Shown piece after piece: positions 29,898-40,208 of a stretch of DNA of 64,000 bases. The DNA comes from an uncultured delta proteobacterium (GTDB lineage: Bacteria; Desulfobacterota; WTBG01): assembly GCA_963793865.1 (NCBI GenBank), contig CAWCBP010000002.1:64001-128000 (forward strand). Reading direction: 5' to 3'. The position numbers and the translations under genes were made by a program. Below the pieces are notes generated by a model. The model searched no databases. It had not been told where the DNA came from and saw nothing but the letters and a program-made list of their open reading frames with translations. Each line of letters starts with the position of its first letter. Position 1 is the first letter of the stretch.

Positions 29898-30290
29898 TCA
29901 ATAGATTAATGCTACATCTGGTTTTGTTCCAAAATTAAATAAAATTCCAACCTTAAAATTAGTTACCTCTACACAATGTAATATTTGAACTTTGTCATCT
30001 TCTCCTAAATCCCTTTCTGCCGTTATCTTTACGATCACTTTATTGTCAACCAGTATATCAGCATAATGTTCATCTATGATTTTCCCTTGGTAAAATATCC
30101 TTATCCCGGATTGAGAAATTGAATGAATACCCGCTTTTTTTAATTCAATCATCATCGCATCCTTATAAACCTTTTCTTGAAAACCATAACCAAGTATGCT
30201 GTATACTCTGTGAAAGATAGTAATGACTTTCTCTATGAGTGCTTGATGTTTAGACTCTTGATACTTTATATCCACAGAATGATTTTCCAC
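29898..30290 (-). CDS. GxxExxY family protein (PD-(D/E)XK-like, partly degenerate)
   Basis: LGYGFQEKVY, ADILVDNKVIVKI, GILFNFG. Confidence 0.85.
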   Translation of the reverse strand: MENHSVDIKYQESKHQALIEKVITIFHRVYSILGYGFQEKVYKDAMMIELKKAGIHSISQSGIRIFYQGKIIDEHYADILVDNKVIVKITAERDLGEDDKVQILHCVEVTNFKVGILFNFGTKPDVALIY

Positions 30291-30446
30291 ACCACTATAA
30301 TGAGGTAGTTGCTAATCTGCTCTTTTAAGAAATCCTTAAACAAGGGTATCCACTGCCTTGGTTGATATGCTGGGAGGATCTGGCTACTATCAAGTCAAGT
30401 ATTGTTCGGGACAATTTATATGCATGCACCTATCCGGGTTACGGGC

Positions 30447-30794
30447 TTAGACATTTTGCAGTTTCTCAAATTCAATGCCGATAAGGAAGCTATTTTCTTT
30501 TTGGTCCGTCCATTTAATCTTTCCTCTGACATTTCTAGTGTCCAATTCTCCCGGAAATATATACTTAAGGGAAACCTGATTAGTTGACTTGGGAATTGGC
30601 TTATCAGTAATAACACAACACCCTTTTTTGCTCATATTTACAATAGTACCTTTATAAAAGACATTTCCACATTCCAACATTGTATCAATGTTTACATAAA
30701 AACGTGGATGCAGCCTCCGGCTTTTCCCTCTGTTATCCGGAACGGTTTCTATGTTTTCCAATATCTTTTTATCACCGCTAAAATACTCGCTCAT
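30447..30794 (-). CDS. PilZ domain protein
   Basis: RRLHPR and NMSKKG motifs (RxxxR, D/NxSxxG); C-terminal IGIEF. Confidence 0.85.
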   Translation of the reverse strand: MSEYFSGDKKILENIETVPDNRGKSRRLHPRFYVNIDTMLECGNVFYKGTIVNMSKKGCCVITDKPIPKSTNQVSLKYIFPGELDTRNVRGKIKWTDQKENSFLIGIEFEKLQNV

Positions 30795-30979
30795 TGTCTC
30801 TCATACTCCCTTTCCGTCCCAGAGAACGGTTTTTGAAGTATAAGTTTCTCATTTCTGGTTTTGAATAAAATATAATCAATGATCTGATCATCTTTATCCA
30901 CAAATTTTATCTTAAGTGGAAACCTATCTACTTTGGAAGATAGTATCATTTCTTTTAAGTAGGTGACTTTTTTTAACAC
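30791..30979 (-). CDS. Small hypothetical protein
   Basis: 62 aa; ATGA overlap with the PilZ gene; GAGG upstream. Confidence 0.55.
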   Translation of the reverse strand: MLKKVTYLKEMILSSKVDRFPLKIKFVDKDDQIIDYILFKTRNEKLILQKPFSGTEREYERQ

Positions 30980-31044
30980 TGTCTACAAATCCTCACTGAG
31001 CAATTTTGAAGACACTTGTATGAACCGTTTCTTTTAATGTGATC

Positions 31045-31060
31045 AGCAACCATCATGCCA
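31045..31060 (-). promoter_or_regulatory. Sigma54 -24/-12 promoter
   Basis: Minus strand TGGCATGATGGTTGCT, canonical GG-N10-GC, about 65 bp upstream of ORF 30979. Confidence 0.8.
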
Positions 31061-31242
31061 TATGGAGGAGTATTGTGGGGCATGTGCCGTAATGTATTAG
31101 AATTTAAATGAATTGATGGAAACTAAATGGGAGGATTACTGGTTAGATACTAAAAAAGAGGAAAACTGTGTGCATGATTTGGACATATGGAGGGGCAATT
31201 AATCCATAATTGTGTCTTATTGTCGTACACTTTCCGATACAA

Positions 31243-34200
31243 TTAATATTCTATCCGGAGCTTTTCAATTTTTGCATAAAGGGTTGATCTGGAGATATCG
31301 AGGATTTTTGCTGCCTTGAATTTATTGCCATGTACTTGCTTAAGTACCCGTACTATTGTTTCTCTTTCCATGTGTTCTTTTTTATCTTCTAATGTTAAAT
31401 TCTCCTTTCTCTCATCAGAAGGTGCCTGTTCTTCCCTTGCTTCCTTTACTACCTCTTGCGGCAAATCCTTATACGTGATGAGATTGTTTTCACAAAGCGT
31501 CAAGGCCCTTTCAATAATATTCCTCAACTCCCTTACATTCCCCGGGTAGTTATAATCAGTAAGTTGACGCAAGGCATTCTCGGATACCATCACCTCACCC
31601 CCTTTGTCATTTGACTCTTTTATAAAATAGTCCACCAGTAAGGGTATATCTTCCTTTCGCTCTCTTAAGGGTGGTAAAGTGACAGTAATCACATTAATGC
31701 GATAGTATAAATCTTCCCTAAACCTCCCTTTTTCGATCAGCTCTTTTAAATCTTTGTTAGTAGCGGCAATAATCCTTACCTTTACCTTTTTTTCAACGGT
31801 GCTTCCTGCTGATCGAAAGGTCCCTTCTTCCAATACCCTTAGCAATTTAACCTGTGTTGCTAAACTCATTTCTGCTATTTCATCTAAAAAGAGGGTGCCG
31901 CCATCGGCTACTTCAAAAATACCCTTTTTGTCAGCTATGGCACCGGTAAAAGCACCTTGTATGTGTCCGAAGAGTTCTGATTCCAAAAGGTTTTTATTTA
32001 TGGAAGTGCAATTCAGGATGATGAAAGGATTATCTTTTCTCTTGCTGTTGCTTTGGATGGCATGGGCAACCAGTTCTTTCCCGGTGCCGGTTTCTCCAAA
32101 AATCAGCACGGGTGATTCAGAGTCCTTAATCTTCTCCAGAAAGCTATAGCACTCCTGCATAACGGGACTCTTTCCAATGAGATTATGATAGTGATGCCGT
32201 TCACCTAATGCTTCCTGCAGCTTGGCTATCCTTTTCTCTTGTAGTATGTTTTCTCTCAGCAATGATTGGATACGAAGCAGAGACCCCACACGTGCCAGAA
32301 GCTCCTGTGAATTAAAGGGCTTAACAATATAATCATCTGCCCCCTCTTGCAAGCTTTCTATCTTAAATGCCGTGTCTGCCTTGGCAGTAAGGAAAATAAA
32401 GGGAATATGTCTTAGTGCCTTATTCGATTTAACCGATTTACAGAATTCATAGCCATCCATCCGAGGCATCATGATATCCGAGATGATCACATCGGGCGTA
32501 TAATCCTTAAGTTTCTCTAAGCCATTGAGACCATCGTCTGCGGTGATAACCTCATATTCCTTGCCGAGTATACCGGTCACATATCGCCTCACATCAGGGT
32601 TGTCATCTATGAATAAAATGAGTGGTCTGGCGCCGGTTGGCTTTTCCTCCCGCATCCCGTCTTCTTCATAGCCGAGGTCAGAAAGTTCTATCTCTTTTTC
32701 GCTCAGCATGATTTCGTCCCTCTCGCAGTTAATTTGATCTTGATCACGTATATGATCTTTGCCGCGGGGAAGATAAATCGTAAAGGTACTCCCTCCTCCA
32801 TAGGTGCTTTCTGTCTCTATCTTTCCTTTCTGTAATTCGATCAGTTCTTTTGCTAAGGAAAGGCCAATCCCGCTTCCTTCACCTCTTCTGGAGGGATTAC
32901 TGCCTATCTGCTGGAACCTTTCAAAAATATGGGGGAGATCTTCTTCTTTAATGCCGATGCCCGTATCCTGCACAGATATTTTTATAAAATTCTCTTCCAC
33001 GTTTTCTTTCCCGTTTTTTGTAGTGATGGTGATGCTTCCTCCCCGCGGGGTGAATTTAAAGGCGTTTCCTATTATGTTGAGTAAAACTCTCTCCAGCTTG
33101 CCGGGATCCATATATGCAGCTTCGATGGCTTCATCCGGTATAAAAGCAAGGTTGATATCTTTCTTGATTGCAAGGAAGGCAAAACTGTCCACAAGGGCGG
33201 ATACAAATAGATTAATATCTTTTTTATAGTAGCTTACGTCGTCACTCTTTGATCCTAAGCGTGTAAACTCCAACAACTGGTTGATCAATTTTAGTTGACG
33301 TCGATTATTCCTCAAGGCGAGCCCGATCTGGTCCTTAGCTCCTGTCCCAATGTAGCCGTATTCTCCCCGCAGCAGTCCCTCCAAGGGTCCTATTGATAAG
33401 GTTAAGGGTGTTCTGAATTCATGAGAAATATTGGCAATGAAAGCATTTTTCATCTCCATTTCCTGGATTTTCTTCCTTTCGCTGATATCTCGTGCACATA
33501 TGACTCTTCCGATAACATCACCTTCCCTGTTTCTAAGGAGCGCAGCATTTAACTCAAACGATATTAGTTTTCCATCTTTCCTTTTCCACAGTGCCTCAAA
33601 TTCTTTATACACTCCATCCTCAAAGAGTTTTCCGACCATATTTTTACGTAGCCAGAGACAAAATGTGTCATCAAAGTTGCCCAATTGTAATAAATGCATC
33701 TCTTTCAGCTCTTCCTGGGTATACCCTAATATCTTTTCCACTGCTTCATTAACCCTGGTAATCTTACCCTGGGGGTCAGTTAGAATAATACCATCTGCGG
33801 AAGTCTTGAAGACATTTTCCAGAAAGTCTTTTGCCTCTTTTAGTTTTCCTTCTGCCTTTTTCCTCTCAGTGATTTCCTGCTTCAAGCTTTCATTAGCAGC
33901 CTTGAGCTCAGCAGTGCGTTCCTCAATTCTCTTTTCCAGTTCATCATGGGCTTTTTGTAACGCTATCTCAGCTTGCTGGCGCCTGGTATTATCAATTATA
34001 GTTCCCGTAAACCCCTTTACCTGCCCCTGCTTTTTTTGTTGGATCATGCTGTAGTATACCGGCACGTCATGGCCCAATTTATGTTTGTGAGCGAATTCAC
34101 CTCTGCTGGGCTTTTCCGGGCTCATGCCTTCTGAAACTGCGGTCGCCTTTTTCCATTCCTGTTCCGGGATCACCGTAAGGGCACTCTTGCCTAAAAGCTC

Positions 34201-34758
34201 TTCTCTTGTATATCCAAGGATTTCAGTAAAAGCATCGTTCACAAAAATAAAATTGCCTGAACTATCCAGCTGGTATATACCCTCCAGTGCAGTTTCAGTT
34301 AACAGCCGGAAGTGCTCTTCACTTTCCTGCAACTCCATCTCTGCCTGCATGTCCTCGGAGATGTCCTTGGAAATAAAAAGCAACTCATCTCCCACGATGT
34401 TAATAGTGCTTACGAGATTATGCCACGTTCCCGAGGTGTCCTTAAAACGCAATTGGATACTCTCCGAGACTTCTGATTCTCTTCCAACCGGGAGTTTTTC
34501 CTTTGTACTGAGGTAGTCCTTAAGAAGCGGCAGGAATTTTTTCTTGTCATCAGGATGGATAAAGTCAAGACCTGATTTACCAATGAGGTCCTCAGGTGTG
34601 TAGCCTAAGACTCGTTTATGTGATGAATTGATATAGGTATAGATCGGATCCACAGTAAAGGTAGTAAAAGAAACGAGATCGCTCGTATTTTCAACTGCTA
34701 AACGATACATGTCCTTTCTGTCATACCGTTCTTCTTCCGGTACTAATCTCTCTCCCAT
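31243..34758 (-). CDS. Hybrid 3xPAS histidine kinase / receiver / sigma54 AAA+ activator / Fis-HTH protein
   Basis: ISHEFRTPL (H box), NAFKFT, DTGIG, GSGIGL; FIDDN...DIMMPRMDG...KPF (REC); GETGTGKE, GAFTGA, LFLDEI, GNVREL; C-terminal HTH. Confidence 0.93.
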   Translation of the reverse strand: MGERLVPEEERYDRKDMYRLAVENTSDLVSFTTFTVDPIYTYINSSHKRVLGYTPEDLIGKSGLDFIHPDDKKKFLPLLKDYLSTKEKLPVGRESEVSESIQLRFKDTSGTWHNLVSTINIVGDELLFISKDISEDMQAEMELQESEEHFRLLTETALEGIYQLDSSGNFIFVNDAFTEILGYTREELLGKSALTVIPEQEWKKATAVSEGMSPEKPSRGEFAHKHKLGHDVPVYYSMIQQKKQGQVKGFTGTIIDNTRRQQAEIALQKAHDELEKRIEERTAELKAANESLKQEITERKKAEGKLKEAKDFLENVFKTSADGIILTDPQGKITRVNEAVEKILGYTQEELKEMHLLQLGNFDDTFCLWLRKNMVGKLFEDGVYKEFEALWKRKDGKLISFELNAALLRNREGDVIGRVICARDISERKKIQEMEMKNAFIANISHEFRTPLTLSIGPLEGLLRGEYGYIGTGAKDQIGLALRNNRRQLKLINQLLEFTRLGSKSDDVSYYKKDINLFVSALVDSFAFLAIKKDINLAFIPDEAIEAAYMDPGKLERVLLNIIGNAFKFTPRGGSITITTKNGKENVEENFIKISVQDTGIGIKEEDLPHIFERFQQIGSNPSRRGEGSGIGLSLAKELIELQKGKIETESTYGGGSTFTIYLPRGKDHIRDQDQINCERDEIMLSEKEIELSDLGYEEDGMREEKPTGARPLILFIDDNPDVRRYVTGILGKEYEVITADDGLNGLEKLKDYTPDVIISDIMMPRMDGYEFCKSVKSNKALRHIPFIFLTAKADTAFKIESLQEGADDYIVKPFNSQELLARVGSLLRIQSLLRENILQEKRIAKLQEALGERHHYHNLIGKSPVMQECYSFLEKIKDSESPVLIFGETGTGKELVAHAIQSNSKRKDNPFIILNCTSINKNLLESELFGHIQGAFTGAIADKKGIFEVADGGTLFLDEIAEMSLATQVKLLRVLEEGTFRSAGSTVEKKVKVRIIAATNKDLKELIEKGRFREDLYYRINVITVTLPPLRERKEDIPLLVDYFIKESNDKGGEVMVSENALRQLTDYNYPGNVRELRNIIERALTLCENNLITYKDLPQEVVKEAREEQAPSDERKENLTLEDKKEHMERETIVRVLKQVHGNKFKAAKILDISRSTLYAKIEKLRIEY

Positions 34759-34782
34759 CTGGACTTCTCCTCTTCCTGTGAC

Positions 34783-35118
34783 TCATTTATCCGCTTCACC
34801 GGCTGCAGTCTCTTTTTTCTCACCGCGGGTCAATATCTCTTTTGCCATCCGGCGAGCCTCTGAGAGATGTCGATCGGCTTCCTTCTTTAACTCCTTCGCT
34901 TGATGCTTGGCTTCCTCAATGATCTCTTTTGCTTTCGTACCGGCATCAGTATAAATATCTTTCGCATCCTTTAAAACCTCACTCCCTTTCTCCTTGATAT
35001 CAGACCTCAGTTCTTTTCCGGATTTCGCAGCAAAGAAGATACCTGCCAATACACCCAAAAAGCTTCCGATCAAAAATCCTCTAAAGAAATGACCTCGTTG
35101 ATTTTCATTCTCTGCCAT
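34783..35118 (-). CDS. YtxH domain protein
   Basis: FFRGFLIGSFLGVLAGIFFAAKSGKELRSDI followed by a coiled coil; GGAGG SD. Confidence 0.85.
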   Translation of the reverse strand: MAENENQRGHFFRGFLIGSFLGVLAGIFFAAKSGKELRSDIKEKGSEVLKDAKDIYTDAGTKAKEIIEEAKHQAKELKKEADRHLSEARRMAKEILTRGEKKETAAGEADK

Positions 35119-35176
35119 ATTACATTCCTCCTTTATGCTTTTTTTTCTTCCATCAGAAATAAGTCCCATCACAATG

Positions 35177-37090
35177 CTAAGGGGTAAAATCGTCTGAGAT
35201 TGAAACCGAGTTATGTCGGATGACCGATGAAATATCAGCTTCTACTCTATCTCTTAATTCTTGCCCCTCATCAACAGAGCCATAGTTCTCCCAAACGCTT
35301 TCACTTAAAGATGTAATTGAGTGGACTTCGATCGATGTTTGAACAGTCCTTCGAGTGTCTCCCCTGACAATTCTATCTTCCCAATTTGCATTGAGACTGT
35401 TCAAATCAAGAGGACCCGAGAATACATCGCCCACATCCCAATAGTTTATCCATTTTTTAGTGTCCACGTCGTAAGCAGGTGCACCGCCCAATTGAATAAA
35501 TGTTTCTTGGTTTCTATCGGAAATAAAATTTTCAATCATATCATGTGCAGTAAGGACAGTGAGTGGAGGCAACCAGGAAAATAGAATATTGTCATAGTCA
35601 TTAGCATTTTTTGATGCGGAGGGGTCGGATAATGTGATGAATAAATCGGGTTTTACAACATTACCCAAATAACGTAAAGCAAGCGTTCCTAATTGCGTAC
35701 CCCAGCTGTGAGTAACAATAATGAATTTCTGGCCGCCATCTTTAGCCGTGGAATATTTTGAATATAGGTCTACGAGCAGGTCATCCATTATTTCTGATGT
35801 TTCAATCGCATTTCCGTTCCAGGCGCTCGTTCTTTTTGTTCCTCCGAAAGAATATATGGCACACCAATCAAGCCCTAAATTCATTGCCGAGATCCCATCA
35901 TATAGGTAACCTGATCTCTCATCATAATCGATAAAAGGGAAAAGAGTTCTTACGAATTTTAGGCCGTCTATGAGATATATATATGCTTCTGCCCGAGGGC
36001 AAACATAGAGGATAGATGAAACAAACAGGGAGAAATGGTTTGTTTCAAATGTCACCGTGTTATTCTCATGATCCTGTTCTACAATATTGCGACCTGTCCA
36101 TGATTCGCTAAAAGTGTCATAGGTGATGACAGATACCTCTTCTTCTGAAACCCCCGTATAATCTAAAATGCCATTGTTATTGACATCATCATATGGCATT
36201 GCTACCTGGATATTACTATTAAATGTTTGACCATCCGGCTCTAGAAATATTGCCGGTCCTGTAATGTATGTATCTTGCGGCACGGTTATCAGAACGTCTG
36301 TTTGCCTAACAGAAATAAATATTTCCTCATTTAGAGCTCCGGGCGGAATTAGTATTTTAGTTCCATAAATCAGACTCGCGGGGCTGGTAACCTCAATACT
36401 ACAGCCTTCCGGCCCACACACTCCTCCTGCTTCCCCAGGAGTGTCAGTTGTATCTGGATTACAATCATCGTCCTTATTATTATAAGGAATCTCAGTAATG
36501 GAAGGATTAACTTCGGAATCGGTATCATCACAATCAATTTCACCACACTCACCGCCTTCGATAGCATAATTATCTTGGTCTCCATCGGTACATTCGGGAA
36601 CGTCCTCGCAATAATCACCGAAGTTGACTGTATTCACCAGGCTTCTTTTTTCAATAAGAAGAAATAGCTTATTGTTAATTGTGGTACTGGTACAATTGGC
36701 ATGATCTTCTTCTATTAGAATGTAAGTTCCTGAACCAAGTCCGCTGAATTGATAAGACCCTGCTGCGTTAGTTGATGACACAGAAACTATTCTTATCAAC
36801 GGCCAAAATGTATAAATTTTATAGAGAGTGATCTTTACACCCGGTATTCCTGCTTCGCCTGCATCAATTTTTCTATTTTGATTAAGATCATTATAGACTA
36901 TACCACTCACCTTTCCGGTAAGAGCAACCGCGTCGAGTTGATTTTCCCCATTAGTAATTTGATCAGCTGCCACTTTTTGAATGGCTACATTATCCTGCAA
37001 CCATTCCTGGGCCATTATTTCTGCTGTGTTAAATAAAATCCCAAACATAAAAAGAAACGAAAACACCAAGTTAATTCTATCTTTTTTCAT
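35177..37090 (-). CDS. Secreted multidomain protein (SdrD B-like, Asp/Cys-rich repeat, ZU5-like, alpha/beta hydrolase-like C-term)
   Basis: SGIVYNDLNQN...GEAGIPGVKITL; DCDDTDSEVNP...DDDCN; IPPGAL...TNHFSLF; THSWG. Confidence 0.7.
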   Translation of the reverse strand: MKKDRINLVFSFLFMFGILFNTAEIMAQEWLQDNVAIQKVAADQITNGENQLDAVALTGKVSGIVYNDLNQNRKIDAGEAGIPGVKITLYKIYTFWPLIRIVSVSSTNAAGSYQFSGLGSGTYILIEEDHANCTSTTINNKLFLLIEKRSLVNTVNFGDYCEDVPECTDGDQDNYAIEGGECGEIDCDDTDSEVNPSITEIPYNNKDDDCNPDTTDTPGEAGGVCGPEGCSIEVTSPASLIYGTKILIPPGALNEEIFISVRQTDVLITVPQDTYITGPAIFLEPDGQTFNSNIQVAMPYDDVNNNGILDYTGVSEEEVSVITYDTFSESWTGRNIVEQDHENNTVTFETNHFSLFVSSILYVCPRAEAYIYLIDGLKFVRTLFPFIDYDERSGYLYDGISAMNLGLDWCAIYSFGGTKRTSAWNGNAIETSEIMDDLLVDLYSKYSTAKDGGQKFIIVTHSWGTQLGTLALRYLGNVVKPDLFITLSDPSASKNANDYDNILFSWLPPLTVLTAHDMIENFISDRNQETFIQLGGAPAYDVDTKKWINYWDVGDVFSGPLDLNSLNANWEDRIVRGDTRRTVQTSIEVHSITSLSESVWENYGSVDEGQELRDRVEADISSVIRHNSVSISDDFTP

Positions 37091-37190
37091 TTTAACCTCT
37101 TAGAAATTAAAAACACCACCTATGGAACTGTATCTACCAGTGAGATTATTTACGTGAAATTAGGATCACGCTTGAATAAGGCCCCATGCA

Positions 37191-37640
37191 TCATTTCTTT
37201 ACCAGCAGGACGGGAATCTTTGTATCTTTATGCATTACACCATAGGCAACACTGCCGAGAACCGCGGCTGCCAAAGCGCTCCTCCCATGAGAACCCATAA
37301 CAATAATATCTGCCTTTGACTTCCTGGCCTCTTTTACAATCTCTTCAACAGGATGCCCTTTAGTTATCACGGTCTTTGATTGGACACCATTTTTATCGCA
37401 CAGCTTCTTTATGTCTCCGGCATACCCTTCGGCAGCCTCCCGCAGATAATCCTCGATAGGCTCTATTACATGCCTTGAAGCCTTCTCGGCGGGAATTGTC
37501 TGGCCCATAAATGTGCGCTTATCAACAACGCTCAGTACAATTGCCGAGGCTTTTAACTGTTTTGCGAGGTACACCGCATAGTTTGCTGCCTTTTGAGCTG
37601 CTTTTGACCCGTCTGTCGGAACAAGAATTTTTGAAATCAT
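37191..37640 (-). CDS. Universal stress protein
   Basis: KILVPTDGS, GHPVEEI, IVMGSHGRS, LGSVA, PVLLV. Confidence 0.93.
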   Translation of the reverse strand: MISKILVPTDGSKAAQKAANYAVYLAKQLKASAIVLSVVDKRTFMGQTIPAEKASRHVIEPIEDYLREAAEGYAGDIKKLCDKNGVQSKTVITKGHPVEEIVKEARKSKADIIVMGSHGRSALAAAVLGSVAYGVMHKDTKIPVLLVKK

Positions 37641-37700
37641 ACGTACTCCTATCAAAGGTTGACTATTTGCATGAATAAGAACCTGATTTCACTGAGTCCT

Positions 37701-37970
37701 TCAAAGGGAGTGCGTATTTTCTCGGTCAATAGAATTTTGTTTTTTCGTAGGCAGCTTCATTCTGAAGCGAGATGCTGTAATACCTCCTAAGGCCACCCCT
37801 GCTAAAACAGAGAGAAATAAAATGATTGCAGGAGACGCCTTGAATTTCCAGAAGAAAAATGAGATTACAACAGGTATTGCATTCTGTAGCGAAAAGACCG
37901 TCACCACGGCGATGATGATCAACGTGACCACTTTGAAGCACGTGGCAGTGTCTGCGGCACGTGACACCAA
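37701..37970 (-). CDS. LapA/DUF1049-like membrane protein (start uncertain)
   Basis: VFSLQNAIPVVISFFFWKF...LFLSVLAG. Confidence 0.65.
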   Translation of the reverse strand: MVSRAADTATCFKVVTLIIIAVVTVFSLQNAIPVVISFFFWKFKASPAIILFLSVLAGVALGGITASRFRMKLPTKKQNSIDRENTHSL

Positions 37971-37994
37971 ACGAGCCCGGCCCGTGGCTGTATA

Positions 37995-38150
37995 TTAAAT
38001 CCGACCCGATAGCAGCAGGATGACTAAAATCAGAAGGATCAATCCAAGTCCGCCGCTGGGATAGTAACCCCATTGTCGGCTATGCGGCCAAGCGGGCAGT
38101 ACACCAAACAGCATCAAAATTACAAGGATAATCAAAATTGTTCCGAGCAT
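37995..38150 (-). CDS. DUF3309 family small membrane protein
   Basis: LPAWPHSRQWGYYPSGGLGL; AGGAGG SD. Confidence 0.88.
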   Translation of the reverse strand: MLGTILIILVILMLFGVLPAWPHSRQWGYYPSGGLGLILLILVILLLSGRI

Positions 38151-38163
38151 ATCGTTCCTCCTT

Positions 38164-38340
38164 CTAATTAAGGCAATGGTTACTGATAGCCAACTCATCA
38201 AAGGGTCTGATGAGTATTTGAGACAGGGTTCTGATGGTGTGATAAAGCGCTGTTTTATTTTCTACCGCTGATTCCTTGAGCAGGCCGATGATCTGTCCCG
38301 CAATGATGCCGATTCTTTTTTCGTAGAATATACATTTCAT
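38164..38340 (-). pseudogene. 5' fragment of the receiver-like gene
   Basis: MKCIFYEKRIGIIAGQIIGLLKESAVENKTALYHTIRTLSQILIRPFDELAI, then an early stop. Confidence 0.85.
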
Positions 38341-38362
38341 ACATCACCCCACTCTATAGCAT

Positions 38363-38519
38363 TACAAGAAACGAGCCATCATGGTCTTGAATGCATAGTC
38401 ACTGTGATTTCAAATGGTTAGCGGGATCTGGAACAAGGAAGGAACTTTAAACCATCGAAACCTGTCCCCTGGGACGGGATTGAGTCCCACCACATGGGAT
38501 TTGTCCCATTCCACAGAAC
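38363..38519 (-). promoter_or_regulatory. Sigma54 promoter/enhancer module, copy B
   Basis: TGGCTCGTTTCTTGTA at 38363-38378; TTTCAAATGGTTA; palindromes starting at 38464, 38484 and 38503. Confidence 0.72.
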
Positions 38520-38813
38520 ACCTGCAACACGGGGCGATACTACCGGGAAGAATCAGAAACGGGCTGACAGGTTGTGCTTTTTTAAAACCCTGTTTTGATA
38601 AAACCGGGAACACGTTACAACAGCCATCTACTTTCATTGCGCAGGATTACAACTTTATCCAGTTACCCATTAATTTCCCTGATGAACCAGAATTTTTAAG
38701 AAAGAATCAACTCAATAAGCGGTGTAATTCGGGATACAAAGGCAGGACAAAGCTTTTGAAGGGTTAATAACCATTTTCTGGTGATTATGCCATATAAATA
38801 CGGCAAAATTAGA

Positions 38814-38843
38814 TTGACCTTGGCACGTAGGATGCCTTATAAT
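38814..38843 (+). promoter_or_regulatory. Sigma70-like promoter with a nested sigma54-like site, upstream of spt
   Basis: TTGACC-18bp-TATAAT; the spacer contains TGGCACGTAGGATGC (GG-N10-GC) from 38821. Confidence 0.55.
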
Positions 38844-38983
38844 ACTTCTTAAATTAAATAGGAAAAAAACGGCCCGGATCGGCATCGGGTCGCAAATTAA
38901 GGGTAATAAATTTGTCCACTTGGCCTTGGCTACATATAATTCCGGTTTAATAAGGCTAATTTTCTGTACTTGAGGTTAAGAGC

Positions 38984-40195
38984 ATGGAAAAGGGGCTTAA
39001 CACGCCTATACAACTCAAACTCATGGAAAAGGCTACGTCTTACGTTCTCCCCAAGCAGTTCAGGGAGATGGGTCTTTACCCGTTCTTCCGGGAAATTTGT
39101 TCTCCCCAAGCCCCCCTTGTCACATTAAATGGTAAAGAGGTGGTTATGTTGGGATCGAACAATTATCTCGGACTCACCACTCATCCTGATGTAAAAAAGG
39201 CAGCTATTGAAGCAATTGAAAAATACGGAACCGGATGCGCTGGTTCCAGGTTTGTGAACGGAAATCTTGACATTCACCGGAAACTTGAAGAAGAACTTGC
39301 CGAACTGGTGGGAAAGGAAAGTGCCCTTGTTTTCTCAACCGGATTTCAGGCGAATCTTGGGATAATATCCTCAATTGTAGGCAGAGGAGAATATGTTGTT
39401 ATCGATAGCCTTGACCATGCAAGCATTGTCGATGGAGCAAGACTGAGCTTTGGCAAAAAAGTTCACTTCAACCACAATGATATGGTTGACCTTAATAGTT
39501 GCCTGGAAAGTCTACCCGACGGGAAGGGAACACTCATTGTTGTCGATGGTATTTTCAGTATGGAGGGCACTATAGCGAAACTTCCCGAAATCGTGAAATT
39601 ATGCAAGCAATTTGGGGCTGCCCTTATGATCGATGATGCACACGGCATAGGTGTTCTGGGTAAAAATGGCACGGGTACTCCAGATCACTTCGGCCTTACT
39701 GAAGAGGTTCATATTATCATGGGGACCTTCAGCAAAGCACTCGCTTCCTTGGGGGGATTTGTTGCCGCCGATGCAGATACCATCGAATACCTTAAACACT
39801 TTTCACGGTCTCTGATTTTTAGTGCCAGCATGACCCCTGCTAATGTTGCAGCGGTGAGGGCCGCCCTCAGGATTATGAAGCAGGAGCCGGAGCGGATTGA
39901 GCAACTTTGGGCAAACACGGCAAGGATGAAAAGGGGTCTTGAGCAACTCGGATTTGATACGGGAAAATCTGAAACCCCGATTATTCCGGTCAAAACCGGT
40001 GATATGGTAAACACCTTTAAGGCCACCGTTAAATTGCAAGAGGAGGGTGTTTTTGTGAATCCAATCATACCCCCTGCAGTACCTAAAGGAGACTGCCTTA
40101 TAAGGATAAGCTTAATGGCGACTCATACCGCTGAACACATCGACTTTGCATTGTCAAAACTCGAAAAGGTTGGATTGAACCTCGGAATTTTATAA
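38984..40195 (+). CDS. spt: Serine palmitoyltransferase-like alpha-oxoamine synthase (PLP class II)
   Basis: [49 protein letters not shown]; context with GNAT and reductase genes favours Spt over BioF/Kbl. Confidence 0.78.
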   Translation: MEKGLNTPIQLKLMEKATSYVLPKQFREMGLYPFFREICSPQAPLVTLNGKEVVMLGSNNYLGLTTHPDVKKAAIEAIEKYGTGCAGSRFVNGNLDIHRKLEEELAELVGKESALVFSTGFQANLGIISSIVGRGEYVVIDSLDHASIVDGARLSFGKKVHFNHNDMVDLNSCLESLPDGKGTLIVVDGIFSMEGTIAKLPEIVKLCKQFGAALMIDDAHGIGVLGKNGTGTPDHFGLTEEVHIIMGTFSKALASLGGFVAADADTIEYLKHFSRSLIFSASMTPANVAAVRAALRIMKQEPERIEQLWANTARMKRGLEQLGFDTGKSETPIIPVKTGDMVNTFKATVKLQEEGVFVNPIIPPAVPKGDCLIRISLMATHTAEHIDFALSKLEKVGLNLGIL

Positions 40196-40208
40196 GCAAG
40201 AGTTCCAG

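Noticed and set aside
38984..40195. BioF or Kbl assignment
   Set aside because: No bio or tdh genes nearby; bCerS remnant and reductase context favour Spt, though only phylogeny can exclude it
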